Positions 20,889 through 30,670 of a DNA stretch of 64,000 nucleotides are shown one piece after another. The stretch comes from Candidatus Iainarchaeum sp. (GTDB lineage: Archaea; Iainarchaeota; Iainarchaeia; Iainarchaeales; JAAZKV01): NCBI GenBank assembly GCA_028702895.1, contig JAQVNZ010000002.1, positions 9,296 through 73,295 of the forward strand. The letters are read 5' to 3'. A model generated the notes under the pieces. The model saw only the letters and a list, made by a program, of their open reading frames with translations, did not search any database and was not told the origin of the DNA. Numbering within the stretch: the stretch's first letter is position 1; every line of letters begins with the position of its first letter. The position numbers were made by a program, and so were the translations under genes.

Positions 20889-21241
20889 TATTTCACCAAT
20901 ATAATTTCTTTCGTATTAATTTTTTCGTTAACAAAATCTTTTAAATGTATAAATTTTCCTGTTTTATTTATTTTTTCAATTGCTTTTTGTGAAGCAGTTA
21001 TTCCTATTATTGTTATTTTTTCTTCAAATTCTCCTTTTGATAAAATTTTCCCTGGAACTATAATTGTTTTTCCTTTAAATTTTTTTGCCATTTTATCTAA
21101 TTTTTCAACATTAACAACAATATTATTTCTTGTTGGTTTTTGGATTCTTTTTGCTAAATCCTTCCAAATTTTTTTCTTAGTCTTCCGACTAACAATTTCT
21201 AATTTCGCAACCAATTTTTGTGTTTCTAATTTTTTTGTCAT
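20888..21241 (-). CDS. rpl18e: 50S ribosomal protein L18e
   Basis: IWKDLA, VNV, VPGKIL; start after GGTGA SD (ORF-track extension runs through the tRNA). Confidence 0.93.
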   Translation of the reverse strand: MTKKLETQKLVAKLEIVSRKTKKKIWKDLAKRIQKPTRNNIVVNVEKLDKMAKKFKGKTIIVPGKILSKGEFEEKITIIGITASQKAIEKINKTGKFIHLKDFVNEKINTKEIILVK

Positions 21242-21282
21242 TTTTTCACCTAATTTTAATCTATTTTTGCATTTTATTATAA

Positions 21283-21411
21283 TGCACGGGAACGGATTTG
21301 AACCGTCGAAGGCACTAAGCCACAGGATAACTAAAACCTTTTCTTTTACCAAATATTTTATTTGAAAAAATTCCTTAAGTCCTGCCCCTTTGACCGCTCG
21401 GGAACCCGTGC
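21283..21411 (-). tRNA. tRNA-Leu(UAA) with 45-nt intron at position 37/38 (21329-21373)
   Basis: Acceptor GCACGGG/CCCGTGC+A, anticodon stem CAGGA/TCCTG with CT-TAA-G|A, long variable arm, T-loop TTCAAAT; no encoded CCA. Confidence 0.95.
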
Positions 21412-21489
21412 TGTACCGGCTAGCTTTTTGGCTAAACACCATTTTTTGGGTGTGCCTTTAGTTGGCCTTGGGACTATATTGCTTTGCAA

Positions 21490-22239
21490 TTATAATTTTT
21501 TAACTTCTTTTAATAATTCTTCTAATTTTTTATCCATTACACTAACTGCTGAATTTATTATTTCTTCTTTTGTTAGTTGTCCTGTTGTTTCTATTGTTAA
21601 AATAAATTCGTTTTCACTATAATTAACATTAATACCATATTTTTCTAGTATGTTAATTGGTTGATCATGAAATTTAATATTGTATGGGTCTAACAAAAAT
21701 AATTTTCCTGCTTTTAATTCAACACTTCCTATTGGTAATTCTTTCATTAAAGCGGTTACATCCGAATGTGTTTTTGTATTATCGATTATTGGTAATTCAT
21801 TATATGATATTATTGCTGGTTGGTGTTTAACATGTTGTGAACCATTTTTCATTATTGCGCTCATTTCCATTTTTATTCTTTTTTCATTTCCTAATCTAGT
21901 TAAATAAATTTTTTGATCAATGATTTCTATTTTTGGATCAGTGCATTTTATGTCTTTACTAGTTACTATTCCTGGCCCTTCTTTTTCTAAAATTAATTTC
22001 ACACTTTCTCCTTCTTTATAGCTTTTTAAATCAGTTTTAATTGGTAATAATCCTAATCTGTTTGCAAGCATTTCATCAAATAATGGTGAATCGTTTTCGT
22101 AAAAGGTTACTTCGTCTATTGCTAGGCATGGTACATCTGACATTATTGTTCTTCTTAAAGAATTCATCATTGCAATATTAACACCTTTAATAAGATATTT
22201 TGCTAGATTTCCATCTTCATAAACCTTTTTTATATCCAT
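21490..22239 (-). CDS. rpoD: RNA polymerase subunit D (Rpo3)
   Basis: NSLRRTIMSDVP, DEMLANRLGLLP, HVKHQP; no Fe-S Cys cluster. Confidence 0.96.
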   Translation of the reverse strand: MDIKKVYEDGNLAKYLIKGVNIAMMNSLRRTIMSDVPCLAIDEVTFYENDSPLFDEMLANRLGLLPIKTDLKSYKEGESVKLILEKEGPGIVTSKDIKCTDPKIEIIDQKIYLTRLGNEKRIKMEMSAIMKNGSQHVKHQPAIISYNELPIIDNTKTHSDVTALMKELPIGSVELKAGKLFLLDPYNIKFHDQPINILEKYGINVNYSENEFILTIETTGQLTKEEIINSAVSVMDKKLEELLKEVKKL

Positions 22240-22244
22240 AAATA

Positions 22245-22634
22245 TCACTTTTTAGTTTTTCCTCTAAATTTTTTCTTTTTTCTACATCCATCGTGTGGTT
22301 GGGGTGTTACATTTTCAATTGAAATTATTCTAAGTCCATTTCTTGTTAATGATCTTATTGCTGCTTCTGCTCCAGATCCTGCTGATGGACTTTTGCTTCC
22401 ACCTCGGCCTCTTACTTTAACAAAAATTTCAGTTATTCCCTTTTCTCTTGCTGAATTAGCTAAATTTTCTGCTAATTTCATTGCAACGTATGGTGATCCT
22501 TCTTTATGTTGTGCTTTTGTTTCCATTCCACCACTAGATTTTGATATTGTTTCTGATCCAGTCATATCTGTCAATAATAACATTGTATTGTTGTGTGTAG
22601 CAAAAATATGCACTATTCCTTTGTTTTCAGCCAT
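22245..22634 (-). CDS. rps11: 30S ribosomal protein S11
   Basis: NNT, SPYVA, VTPQPHDG. Confidence 0.96.
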   Translation of the reverse strand: MAENKGIVHIFATHNNTMLLLTDMTGSETISKSSGGMETKAQHKEGSPYVAMKLAENLANSAREKGITEIFVKVRGRGGSKSPSAGSGAEAAIRSLTRNGLRIISIENVTPQPHDGCRKKKKFRGKTKK

Positions 22635-23299
22635 TACTTAATCACCTTTGATTCATTCATAATTTCTTTTTTTTGAGGTATATTTTCTTTTGTTATTTTG
22701 TCTTTTGGTTTTTTGTTTGCATCTTCTTCTTCATTTATAGCTTCTTTTATTTCTTCAAATTTATCTTTTAATGTATTTTTAGTTTCAGTTTTTATTTTTA
22801 TATGTTTTTTTAATTCTACTTGTAATTCTTTTCCATAATAATTTATGTTATTTTCTTCATCGAAAGTCACAATATAACTTGGTATATTAACTTTTTTTCC
22901 ATTAATTGCTATGTGTCCGTGTGTTATAAATTGCCTTGCTTGTTTTGTTGTATTTGCTAATCCTTTTCTCCATACTATTGTTTGTAATCTTCTTTCTAAT
23001 ATGGATTCTACGTTTAATGTTAATACATCATCAAGAGTTGGTGTTTTTGTTAAGATTCCTATTTTCTTTAAGGATGTTAATAATTCACTTTCTCTTTTTA
23101 ATCTTGTTTGGAGATTTAATGCTAATAATTTTCTTGCAGTTGCTCGTTTTGCTCTTATTATTGTTTCTGCTCTATAAAATTCTTTTTTATTTTTTAAACC
23201 ATATAATTCTTTTAATTGTTTTTCTTTAACCATTCTTTCTTTTTGGAATGATTTTCTTGGTTTTGAATACATTCTTTTTCTTTTTTTCGGGTCACCCAT
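22634..23299 (-). CDS. rps4: 30S ribosomal protein S4
   Basis: [29 protein letters not shown]. Confidence 0.97.
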   Translation of the reverse strand: MGDPKKRKRMYSKPRKSFQKERMVKEKQLKELYGLKNKKEFYRAETIIRAKRATARKLLALNLQTRLKRESELLTSLKKIGILTKTPTLDDVLTLNVESILERRLQTIVWRKGLANTTKQARQFITHGHIAINGKKVNIPSYIVTFDEENNINYYGKELQVELKKHIKIKTETKNTLKDKFEEIKEAINEEEDANKKPKDKITKENIPQKKEIMNESKVIK

Positions 23300-23310
23300 T
23301 TAACATCACT

Positions 23311-23790
23311 TTATTTTTTTCCTTTTACGTTATCTTTTTTAGATACTCCAACAACTTTTCCTTTGCCTTTTCCTCTGTGAGTACTTCTTGTTTTTTGTCC
23401 TCTTACAGTTAATCCCCACATTCTTCTTAATCCTTTATATGATTTTATTTCGGCTAGTCTTTGGAAATCATTTCTTAACTGGAAATCCAAATCATTCATT
23501 GTTAAATGCTTGTTTTCGCCAGTTTCGTAATCTTTTCGTCTATTTAAAATCCATTCTGGAAGATTTGTTTTATTAAGATTTTGAATTATTTCTTCCAATT
23601 TTTTTATTTCTTCTGCTTTTAAATCACCTAATTTTGTATCAAAAGGCATTTCATTTTCAGTGCAAAATTTTGTTGATATTATTTTTCCTAATCTGTGACT
23701 AATTCCTTTTATTCGCATTAAACTTTCGTTAATGTTTTTTGTACCATCTAAGTCTTTTCCAATTATTCTTACAATAAGATTTTCAACCAT
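23311..23790 (-). CDS. rps13: 30S ribosomal protein S13
   Basis: IKGI, WILNRRKD, GLTVRGQKT. Confidence 0.97.
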   Translation of the reverse strand: MVENLIVRIIGKDLDGTKNINESLMRIKGISHRLGKIISTKFCTENEMPFDTKLGDLKAEEIKKLEEIIQNLNKTNLPEWILNRRKDYETGENKHLTMNDLDFQLRNDFQRLAEIKSYKGLRRMWGLTVRGQKTRSTHRGKGKGKVVGVSKKDNVKGKK

Positions 23791-23797
23791 TTTTTCA

Positions 23798-24013
23798 TCA
23801 CTTCTTTAATAATTTAATTAATTCTTCATGTTTTATTTCTTTCCCAACTTTTAATTTTTGTTTTAGTGGGAATAAATGTATTATATTACATTCTTTTCGC
23901 TTTATTTTTTCTCCGTCTATTAATACCTTTCCATTTTTTAATTCAGATATAATTATAACTTTTCTTCCGGCTTCGCGTCCTTTGGTTTTTATACAAACTT
24001 GTCCTATTTCCAT
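23798..24013 (-). CDS. rpl14e: 50S ribosomal protein L14e
   Basis: IGQVCIKTKGREAG, VLIDG. Confidence 0.95.
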   Translation of the reverse strand: MEIGQVCIKTKGREAGRKVIIISELKNGKVLIDGEKIKRKECNIIHLFPLKQKLKVGKEIKHEELIKLLKK

Positions 24014-24015
24014 TT

Positions 24016-24342
24016 TTATTCAGCCCTTTTTAATGCTTGTTTAACATATTTTCTGTATTTTTGATCAACATCATCAATATCTTTTATTTCAGCAATTACT
24101 TTTCCTGTTTCTATAAATACTTGTTCTCTTGCTTTAGTGCATAGTATTCCTCCAAAAGGAACACTTGGTTTTTTTTGTGTTTTGCTTTCTTTACTTGATT
24201 GTTTATTTGATGTGCCTAATAGTTTTTCACCGGTTATTGCACAATTTTTTTCTTGATTTTGTTCTCTATAAAAAACTCTTTTTGTTTTAGATGGAGTTCT
24301 CACATACTTTCTTTTCATTGTTCGTTTTCTTGGTTCAACCAT
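24016..24342 (-). CDS. rpl34e: 50S ribosomal protein L34e
   Basis: VRTP, CAITG, PFGGILC; synteny. Confidence 0.9.
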   Translation of the reverse strand: MVEPRKRTMKRKYVRTPSKTKRVFYREQNQEKNCAITGEKLLGTSNKQSSKESKTQKKPSVPFGGILCTKAREQVFIETGKVIAEIKDIDDVDQKYRKYVKQALKRAE

Positions 24343-24347
24343 TTCAA

Positions 24348-24836
24348 TCACTTTTTTTTATCATAAATTTTTTCAATAATTGTAAGTATTATTGTTGTTA
24401 TAAGGTAGTAAAAGAAATATGCTTTGTAATATCCTGTTGTCGTAGTTATTCCAATCGGCATCCATGAAAGTGGATTTAATAATCCAAATTCGCTGAATTG
24501 TGGTAATGGGATAATTGACTCAAAGCTAATTCCACCATAAAAAAAACCTAATACACTAAAAGCAACTAGAAATATTGGTAATGAAATTAACATTACTTTG
24601 TTTGACATTTGTAACATTTTTCCTTGTATTTCAAACATTTCTTTTTGTAATAATGATGTTTTTTCTTGGTTTCCTTCTTTTAATGCCTCCTTAACTTTAA
24701 TATTAATTTTTTTTAAATCCGTTTGATATTCTTTCATTAATTCTTTGTTAATAAATTTTCTTTGAATTACTTTTGAGATTATTGCAAGTGTAATACACAA
24801 CAGTAATATTGCTATTGCTGGTTGTATTATATCCAA
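24348..24836 (-). CDS. DUF106 / EMC3-TMCO1 (Oxa1 superfamily) membrane protein
   Basis: TM-coiled coil-TM architecture; conserved position after secY; TTG start with GGTGAG SD. Confidence 0.88.
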   Translation of the reverse strand: MDIIQPAIAILLLCITLAIISKVIQRKFINKELMKEYQTDLKKINIKVKEALKEGNQEKTSLLQKEMFEIQGKMLQMSNKVMLISLPIFLVAFSVLGFFYGGISFESIIPLPQFSEFGLLNPLSWMPIGITTTTGYYKAYFFYYLITTIILTIIEKIYDKKK

Positions 24837-24910
24837 TATTTGCTCACCAATATTTATTTTTTAATGGGAATATTATATAAAGCTTCCCTCCAAAATTTCC
24901 CTTTTTTTTG

Positions 24911-25008
24911 GATTGAAGGCTTGCGAGAGTTCGCAAACCACTCATTTCTGAGCGCCTTTGATCAACAATTTTGTTGATTCTAAAAATAATTCTTTTTAGA
25001 ATTATTTT
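24911..25008. ncRNA. Candidate structured RNA / palindromic element (three-way junction plus two hairpins)
   Basis: GATTGAAGGC/GCCTTTGATC enclosing TTGCGA/TCGCAA and CTCA/TGAG stems; further inverted repeats at 24961-24978 and 24983-25008. Confidence 0.45.
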
Positions 25009-25071
25009 ATTTTTTTAATCACTTTTCATGATTTTTAATTCAAATTAATTTTAATTTGACTAAATTTAATT

Positions 25072-26418
25072 TTATAATTTTCCTAATAATGGTGCTAATA
25101 AATCTGCTTGACTTTTAGCAATTTCTTCATAGAATCTATAAATGATTCCAACTGTTAATAATATTCCTGTTCCTGAAGAAATACCTGATAATACTAAGTC
25201 TCCTCCGCCTGCTAATAATGCAACAAAAATTGATCCTAGTATTGTTATTGGTGGTATGTAACGTTTTAAAACTTTCTCTATTACTCTTTTATCTTTTCTA
25301 AAACCAGGTATTTGCATTCCTGATTTTTCTAATTGTTCTGCTACTGCACTAGTACTCTGATTACCCATTTCAACCCAAAACCAACCAAATACAACACAAG
25401 TAATTATTAATAAAATCATAAATATTACTGCTTGAAATATTGCGGGCATTGTAATTGAATTTAATCCGCCTTGGATTATTATTCCTTGGATTAGACTTTG
25501 TCCTCCAATACTAGGCATGTTTACTGCCCAACTTAATCCTTGCATGAGTGTTCCTACTATTGGAACGTTTTGTAAAAATAATCCCCATAATCTAACATTC
25601 ATGAATAATGACATTGCTAGTATTACTGGCATGTTACTAACATACAAAAATTTAACGGGGTATCTTCCACCAGTTCCTCGATGACCCATTGTTATTGGAA
25701 TATTAACGTGTATTCCTTCTGCAAATACTACTATTAAGAAAATAATTATTACTCCTAATAATGGTAATAATAAAATCCAATTTCCTGTGCTTAAAAAACT
25801 CCAAAATATTCCTGCTTGTACTTCTAATCCTATTTGTGGTCTAAATGTTTGCCAAAATATTGTTGCACTTACTCCTGCTGCAATAAATAAACTTATTCCT
25901 GATCCAATACCGTATTTTGATACTAGTTCATCTAAATATAATAATATTAATGATCCTATTGCGATTTGAAATACTAGAGGTATTAAAAATCCGGGTTGGG
26001 GTGTTAGTAATCCTGATCCAATGAAAATATATCCTTCAACAAAACATAATAATACTGCTAATATTTTTTGTAATGCTTGAAATTTTGATCTTCCTTCACC
26101 TGTGCCTAAATCAATATTTAATAATTTGGCTCCTACAAATAATTGTAAGAATATTGATGCCATTACAATTGGGCCAATTCCTGCGGTTAATAATGTTCCA
26201 ACATTACTTGCAAGTATTGTTTGCGCGAACATAATTTGCTTTACTGATTCTGAAGCAAAATCCATTCCAACAAGAGTTATTTGTCCTAGGATAAAAAATA
26301 TGATTAGTGCTGTTGCTGTCCAAATTAATTTTTGTTTGAATGGCACTTCTTTTGTGGGTGCTTTGATTTCGGGTAAGAAACTAGAAAGTCTTACGAGTGT
26401 ATCAATTATTACTCCCAA
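25072..26418 (-). CDS. secY: Preprotein translocase SecY
   Basis: KLIWT, GIGPIVMASI, GIGSGISLFI, YVSNMPVIL, IPGFR, SGTGILL. Confidence 0.97.
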   Translation of the reverse strand: MGVIIDTLVRLSSFLPEIKAPTKEVPFKQKLIWTATALIIFFILGQITLVGMDFASESVKQIMFAQTILASNVGTLLTAGIGPIVMASIFLQLFVGAKLLNIDLGTGEGRSKFQALQKILAVLLCFVEGYIFIGSGLLTPQPGFLIPLVFQIAIGSLILLYLDELVSKYGIGSGISLFIAAGVSATIFWQTFRPQIGLEVQAGIFWSFLSTGNWILLLPLLGVIIIFLIVVFAEGIHVNIPITMGHRGTGGRYPVKFLYVSNMPVILAMSLFMNVRLWGLFLQNVPIVGTLMQGLSWAVNMPSIGGQSLIQGIIIQGGLNSITMPAIFQAVIFMILLIITCVVFGWFWVEMGNQSTSAVAEQLEKSGMQIPGFRKDKRVIEKVLKRYIPPITILGSIFVALLAGGGDLVLSGISSGTGILLTVGIIYRFYEEIAKSQADLLAPLLGKL

Positions 26419-26438
26419 TAAATCACCATTAATTAATT

Positions 26439-26900
26439 TTATTCTTCGTCGAAATCTTCATCTTCTTGGAATAAATCATCATCTTCTTTTGCGCCATCAA
26501 CAATTCCGTTTGCTTTAATAATTTTTTCAATAGCTTTTTTTGAAGCTTTTATTTGAACGTGTAATTTTTTGTTTATTGTTCCTTGGCTCAAGATTTTTTC
26601 AAAACCACTATCGCTTGTTATTATGTATATATCTTTGTTTTTTGTAACTTTTCCTTTCATAACAAGGTCATCTAATTTTTGATTTAAATTTTCAAGTGAA
26701 ATACTTTTTCCTTTTGCTCTTGGTTTTAATCTAACTTTTTTAGGGTCTAATCTTCCAATTGAAGCGAATTTTCCTTTATTTGCTCCTGCTCTTCCTCTCC
26801 CACCTCGGCATCCTCCACCTCTATTATTCTTTGTGTCTCCTTGGCCGTGTGTTCTCTCGCCTCTAACTTTATTTTTTTTCCTTCTTTTTCTTTCAGTCAT
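26439..26900 (-). CDS. rpl15: 50S ribosomal protein L15
   Basis: RGERTHG, RGGRGRAG. Confidence 0.95.
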   Translation of the reverse strand: MTERKRRKKNKVRGERTHGQGDTKNNRGGGCRGGRGRAGANKGKFASIGRLDPKKVRLKPRAKGKSISLENLNQKLDDLVMKGKVTKNKDIYIITSDSGFEKILSQGTINKKLHVQIKASKKAIEKIIKANGIVDGAKEDDDLFQEDEDFDEE

Positions 26901-26909
26901 AATAATCCC

Positions 26910-27332
26910 TTATATCATTTTTTTTATTAATTCATTAATATTATCTTTTCTATTTCCTAATGCTCCGCCTAAAGTAAATGGTTTTTTTATTCCTTTTCTA
27001 TCAAACCCTTTTCTTGGTGGACTTAATCTAAATTGATTTTTTAAATTAACTTCTTTCATTTTTTTTCCAGATAAAAACCCATCTATTGCATTTTGTATTT
27101 CTAATTTTCCTTCTATGGCTTTTCCTCTTTTTGTGATAACTTCTTTTATCATGTCTTCACTAATTGTTCCAAATGTTGCGTGATTTTCAACTACTTTTAA
27201 CATTTTTAAAGATTTTTTATCTTCTGGCCAAATGCTCATACTATTCACTGTATGTAAATTAAGCATGCTTAACGTCTTTTTTATTTTTGGCGAAATACTT
27301 ATTTGTCCTCTAATTCTTATTATTGCATACAT
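26910..27332 (-). CDS. rpl30: 50S ribosomal protein L30
   Basis: AIIRIRG, FRLSPPRKG, GGALG. Confidence 0.95.
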   Translation of the reverse strand: MYAIIRIRGQISISPKIKKTLSMLNLHTVNSMSIWPEDKKSLKMLKVVENHATFGTISEDMIKEVITKRGKAIEGKLEIQNAIDGFLSGKKMKEVNLKNQFRLSPPRKGFDRKGIKKPFTLGGALGNRKDNINELIKKMI

Positions 27333-27342
27333 TTAGATTACC

Positions 27343-28068
27343 TCATTTGCTAAACTTTTTCTCAATATCCTTAGTGTTTTTTATTTGTCCAGTTTTTGCT
27401 AATGCATCAACTGCAGCTCCTACAAAGTTTAATTTGTTTCCTGAATTTCCTTTTGCTTTTCCCCAAATATTTTGAATTCCTGCTAATTCCATTACTCTTT
27501 TTATATTTTGTCCAACAGTTAACCCAGTTCCTTTTGGTGCTGGCATTAATGTTACTATTACACTTCCTGACTTTCCAGTTACTTTAAATGGGATAGAATG
27601 TTTGTCTGTTGTTGGTTGTTCTTCCCAAGATCCAGATCCTCTATAAACTTTTTTTAAATTTAATCTTGCTTGTCTTTTTGCTTTTACTATTGCTGGAAAT
27701 CTATCAACATCTTTACCAATGCCAATTCCAACATAACCATCTTTATTTCCAGTTAATACTGTTACTCTAAAACTATATTTTCTTCCTGCTCTAACAACTC
27801 TTGTTGTTTTTGCAGTATCAACTACTTCATCTTCTAATTTTAATAATGAATCCACTATTTCAGGTTCTCTTATGGAATATGATTTTTCAAATATTTCATC
27901 CATTGAAGTTATTTGTCCCAATTGAACTTTTTTTCCTAATTCTGTTTTAGGAATCCAATTTGTAAGCATTTTTTCTTTTTCAATCAATTCTTTCTCAATT
28001 TTTTCTGCAATACTTTCAGGATCATTTCGTTTCCTTTTCTTTTTTACTTCGAATGGCCTTTTATTCAT
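27343..28068 (-). CDS. rps5: 30S ribosomal protein S5
   Basis: WIPKTELG, GSWE, PAPKGTGL. Confidence 0.97.
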   Translation of the reverse strand: MNKRPFEVKKKRKRNDPESIAEKIEKELIEKEKMLTNWIPKTELGKKVQLGQITSMDEIFEKSYSIREPEIVDSLLKLEDEVVDTAKTTRVVRAGRKYSFRVTVLTGNKDGYVGIGIGKDVDRFPAIVKAKRQARLNLKKVYRGSGSWEEQPTTDKHSIPFKVTGKSGSVIVTLMPAPKGTGLTVGQNIKRVMELAGIQNIWGKAKGNSGNKLNFVGAAVDALAKTGQIKNTKDIEKKFSK

Positions 28069-28613
28069 AATTTCACCTTTAATATTTCAGCTTTCGTTTT
28101 TTCGAAATTCACAGTTATTTTTTCACTCATTTGTTTTTTAGTATAATTTGAAAATTTGTCTAAATGTGTTTTTGCATAATCTTCTAATATTTTTCCATTT
28201 ATTCTATCTTCTTTTGGTAATGCTTCTATTGAATGAGGGATATTAATTCCTGCATCTAATAATCCTTTTAAACAAGCAAACATTGTTCCACCATGACTTG
28301 CTTTTCTTCTTCCAATATCAAGTATAGCTTCTTTTTCACTCATTCTTTTTCCTAATAATAATCCTGTTAAATATGCTGATGGTGTATTATTTGTTCCATA
28401 AAATCCAAGTGCATCTAATTCTTTTGAATTTGCTTGTGCAAGAGTTTCGTCTCCTTTTGGATTATATTTTATTGCTTGTGCAATAATTTTTGTATTTGTT
28501 TTTCTTATAACAATTCTAACTTTTTTAGATTTTACTAATGCTAATCTTTTAGAATAATCGGTTTCCCCGCTTTTTCTTCTTTTAAATTTTGTTTCAAAAG
28601 TTTTGTCTTTCAT
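28065..28613 (-). CDS. rpl18: 50S ribosomal protein L18
   Basis: RRKSGETDY, AYLTGLL, LDIG. Confidence 0.96.
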   Translation of the reverse strand: MKDKTFETKFKRRKSGETDYSKRLALVKSKKVRIVIRKTNTKIIAQAIKYNPKGDETLAQANSKELDALGFYGTNNTPSAYLTGLLLGKRMSEKEAILDIGRRKASHGGTMFACLKGLLDAGINIPHSIEALPKEDRINGKILEDYAKTHLDKFSNYTKKQMSEKITVNFEKTKAEILKVKL

Positions 28614-29056
28614 TGTTTTCCACCTTCAACATAGTCTTTTAAGTATTTTTTTCCTTTGAAAAACCCACCTTTTATTTTCTTATATAAATTTGAATAGCCT
28701 TTTTCTTCAACAGCTTTTGGATTATCCTTTTTTAATTCTAATAATGTTCTTCTTTGTGCGCGTACTTTGTTCATCCATGTTTTCTTTTTTTCAATTCTTG
28801 TTTTTTTAGTTCCTTTTCTTTTTCCTTGTCCTCTTTTTCGTCCTTTTTTTCTTTGTTCTTTAGCTTTTCTTACTCTGCCTTTACTTTGTTCGTTTGTTTG
28901 TCTTTTTTTAATTATTCTTTCTGCGATTAATCCTCTAATATCATCTTTTGTCATTGCTTCGCTAACTTTCTTTTCTTGTTTTGGATCAATATGGATTTTT
29001 CCAACTCCAACTTTAAGTATTATTGCTGCTAATTCTTTTGCTTTTTTTAGTTCCAT
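28610..29056 (-). CDS. rpl19e: 50S ribosomal protein L19e
   Basis: GKRKGTK, WMNKVRAQR, KGGFF. Confidence 0.96.
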   Translation of the reverse strand: MELKKAKELAAIILKVGVGKIHIDPKQEKKVSEAMTKDDIRGLIAERIIKKRQTNEQSKGRVRKAKEQRKKGRKRGQGKRKGTKKTRIEKKKTWMNKVRAQRRTLLELKKDNPKAVEEKGYSNLYKKIKGGFFKGKKYLKDYVEGGKQ

Positions 29057-29065
29057 TTTATTCAC

Positions 29066-29671
29066 CTAATTTAATATCCAAATTCCTTTTTCGTTTGCTT
29101 TTTTAACAATTTCATTTCGTTTTCTTTTTCCAACAGTTCTACTAATTCTTATCGCGTTTTCTTTTATATTTATTTTTTCTAAATCATTAACATTTTCAAT
29201 TCTAATTTCTTTATATCCTGAAGGGTGAATATCTCTTATTTCTTTATTACTTCTATAACCTATTTTTGGTCTAAACCCGTGTTGTAATCCTCGATCTAAA
29301 TCAATTGATCTTGGTTTTCTCCATTTTTGCCATTTTTTAATACTTTTTTTTCTAATATTTTTTTTACCAAATCTTCCTCTAAAAACTGGGTGATCTTTTT
29401 TTTCATCTAATTTTTTCTGATTTTCTTTTGCTTGTGCACTTTTTGTTTTATTTGCTTTTTTTTCTTTTTTAATATAAATTTTTTTAACATTTTTTTTAAT
29501 TTCAACTTTAGCTTCTTCTTTTTTTGTTACTTTTTTTTCTGTTTCAATTGGTTTTTGTGTTTTAATTTCTTTTGTTGTTTCTTTAACAATTTTATTTTCT
29601 TGTTTTAATGGTTTAGTTGTTTCACTTTTTTTTGCAACTGTCTTTTTAATTGTTTTTTTTGCTTCAACCAT
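29066..29671 (-). CDS. rpl32e: 50S ribosomal protein L32e with long Lys/Glu-rich N-extension
   Basis: WRKPR, PKIGY, HPSGY, VGKRKR. Confidence 0.94.
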   Translation of the reverse strand: MVEAKKTIKKTVAKKSETTKPLKQENKIVKETTKEIKTQKPIETEKKVTKKEEAKVEIKKNVKKIYIKKEKKANKTKSAQAKENQKKLDEKKDHPVFRGRFGKKNIRKKSIKKWQKWRKPRSIDLDRGLQHGFRPKIGYRSNKEIRDIHPSGYKEIRIENVNDLEKINIKENAIRISRTVGKRKRNEIVKKANEKGIWILN

Positions 29672-29672
29672 T

Positions 29673-30260
29673 TTATTCACGTCCTTTTATTACTTGGAAA
29701 TTAAAATCTTCTGGGATATCTTGAATATTCCCTTTTTTTACTAAATATATTCCATCTGTAAATCTTCTAATATCTTTTCGTTTTACTTTTGTTGCAAGTA
29801 TTATGTTTGCTGATGTTTGGCTTACTTCTTCAATATGTTTTCCTGTTATTGTAAGGTCTTGTCCTTTTATTTCAACTTTTGTATTTCCAACTATTTGTGC
29901 TTCTCTAGGATGTTTTTCTCCAATAAAATTTTTTATAAAAATTTTGTTTCCTTTTTGTTCAGCTGTCATTGGGAAGTGGGAATATGATATTTTCATTTCA
30001 TATTTAAATCCAAATTTTAATCCATAAACTATATTTTCAATATGTGCAATTATTGTATTTAATAATGCGCTTGTTTGTTTGTTTGCTGGTTTTCCAATTA
30101 TTATTATAGAATTCCCATTTTTTTCTATTCTTATTCTGTGGCTCTTGAATTCTTTTTTATATTCTTCGTTATCCGTTTTAACTATAATTTGGTGCTCGTT
30201 TGCATCAATTGTTATTCCTTGAGGAACTTTTATTGTTCTTATAATTTCTTCGTCAACCAT
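29673..30260 (-). CDS. rpl6: 50S ribosomal protein L6
   Basis: YSHFPM, NFIGEK, RRFTDGIY. Confidence 0.96.
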   Translation of the reverse strand: MVDEEIIRTIKVPQGITIDANEHQIIVKTDNEEYKKEFKSHRIRIEKNGNSIIIIGKPANKQTSALLNTIIAHIENIVYGLKFGFKYEMKISYSHFPMTAEQKGNKIFIKNFIGEKHPREAQIVGNTKVEIKGQDLTITGKHIEEVSQTSANIILATKVKRKDIRRFTDGIYLVKKGNIQDIPEDFNFQVIKGRE

Positions 30261-30269
30261 TTTTTTCAC

Positions 30270-30662
30270 CTAATATATGAATGCTATCAATCTTCCGCCT
30301 AACCCTTTTTGTTTTGCTTGTGTATGTGTCATTATTCCTTGTGGTGTTGACACTATTAATAATCCAACATCTCTTGCTGGTAAATATCTTTTTTCATATT
30401 TTTCGAAATTATCTTTTTTAACAGCATGTCTTGGTTTTATTCCTTTACAAGTATTAATTTTTCCATTCAATTTAACTTTGTAAGTAATTATGCCTTTATT
30501 TTCCATCATTAAATATTCTTGAATATATTCATTTTCTTTTGCTACTCGAAGCAATTCGCCTAAAAATTTTGATGCTGGTTGTAATATGCACTCTTTTTTA
30601 GAGGCCAATTCCGCATTCCTTATTTTTGTTAACGCATTTGTTATTGGATCATTCATACTCAT
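30270..30662 (-). CDS. rps8: 30S ribosomal protein S8
   Basis: YLPARDVG, STPQGIMTH, GGRLIA. Confidence 0.97.
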   Translation of the reverse strand: MSMNDPITNALTKIRNAELASKKECILQPASKFLGELLRVAKENEYIQEYLMMENKGIITYKVKLNGKINTCKGIKPRHAVKKDNFEKYEKRYLPARDVGLLIVSTPQGIMTHTQAKQKGLGGRLIAFIY

Positions 30663-30670
30663 TTTAACAC

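Noticed and set aside
21242-21442. 67-aa N-terminal extension of L18e in the ORF track
   Set aside because: It runs through the tRNA-Leu gene; a GGTGA SD supports the start at 21241.
24911-24963. Hammerhead ribozyme or tRNA fragment
   Set aside because: Lacks the CUGANGA core and T-loop/D-loop consensus; kept only as an unknown structured element.
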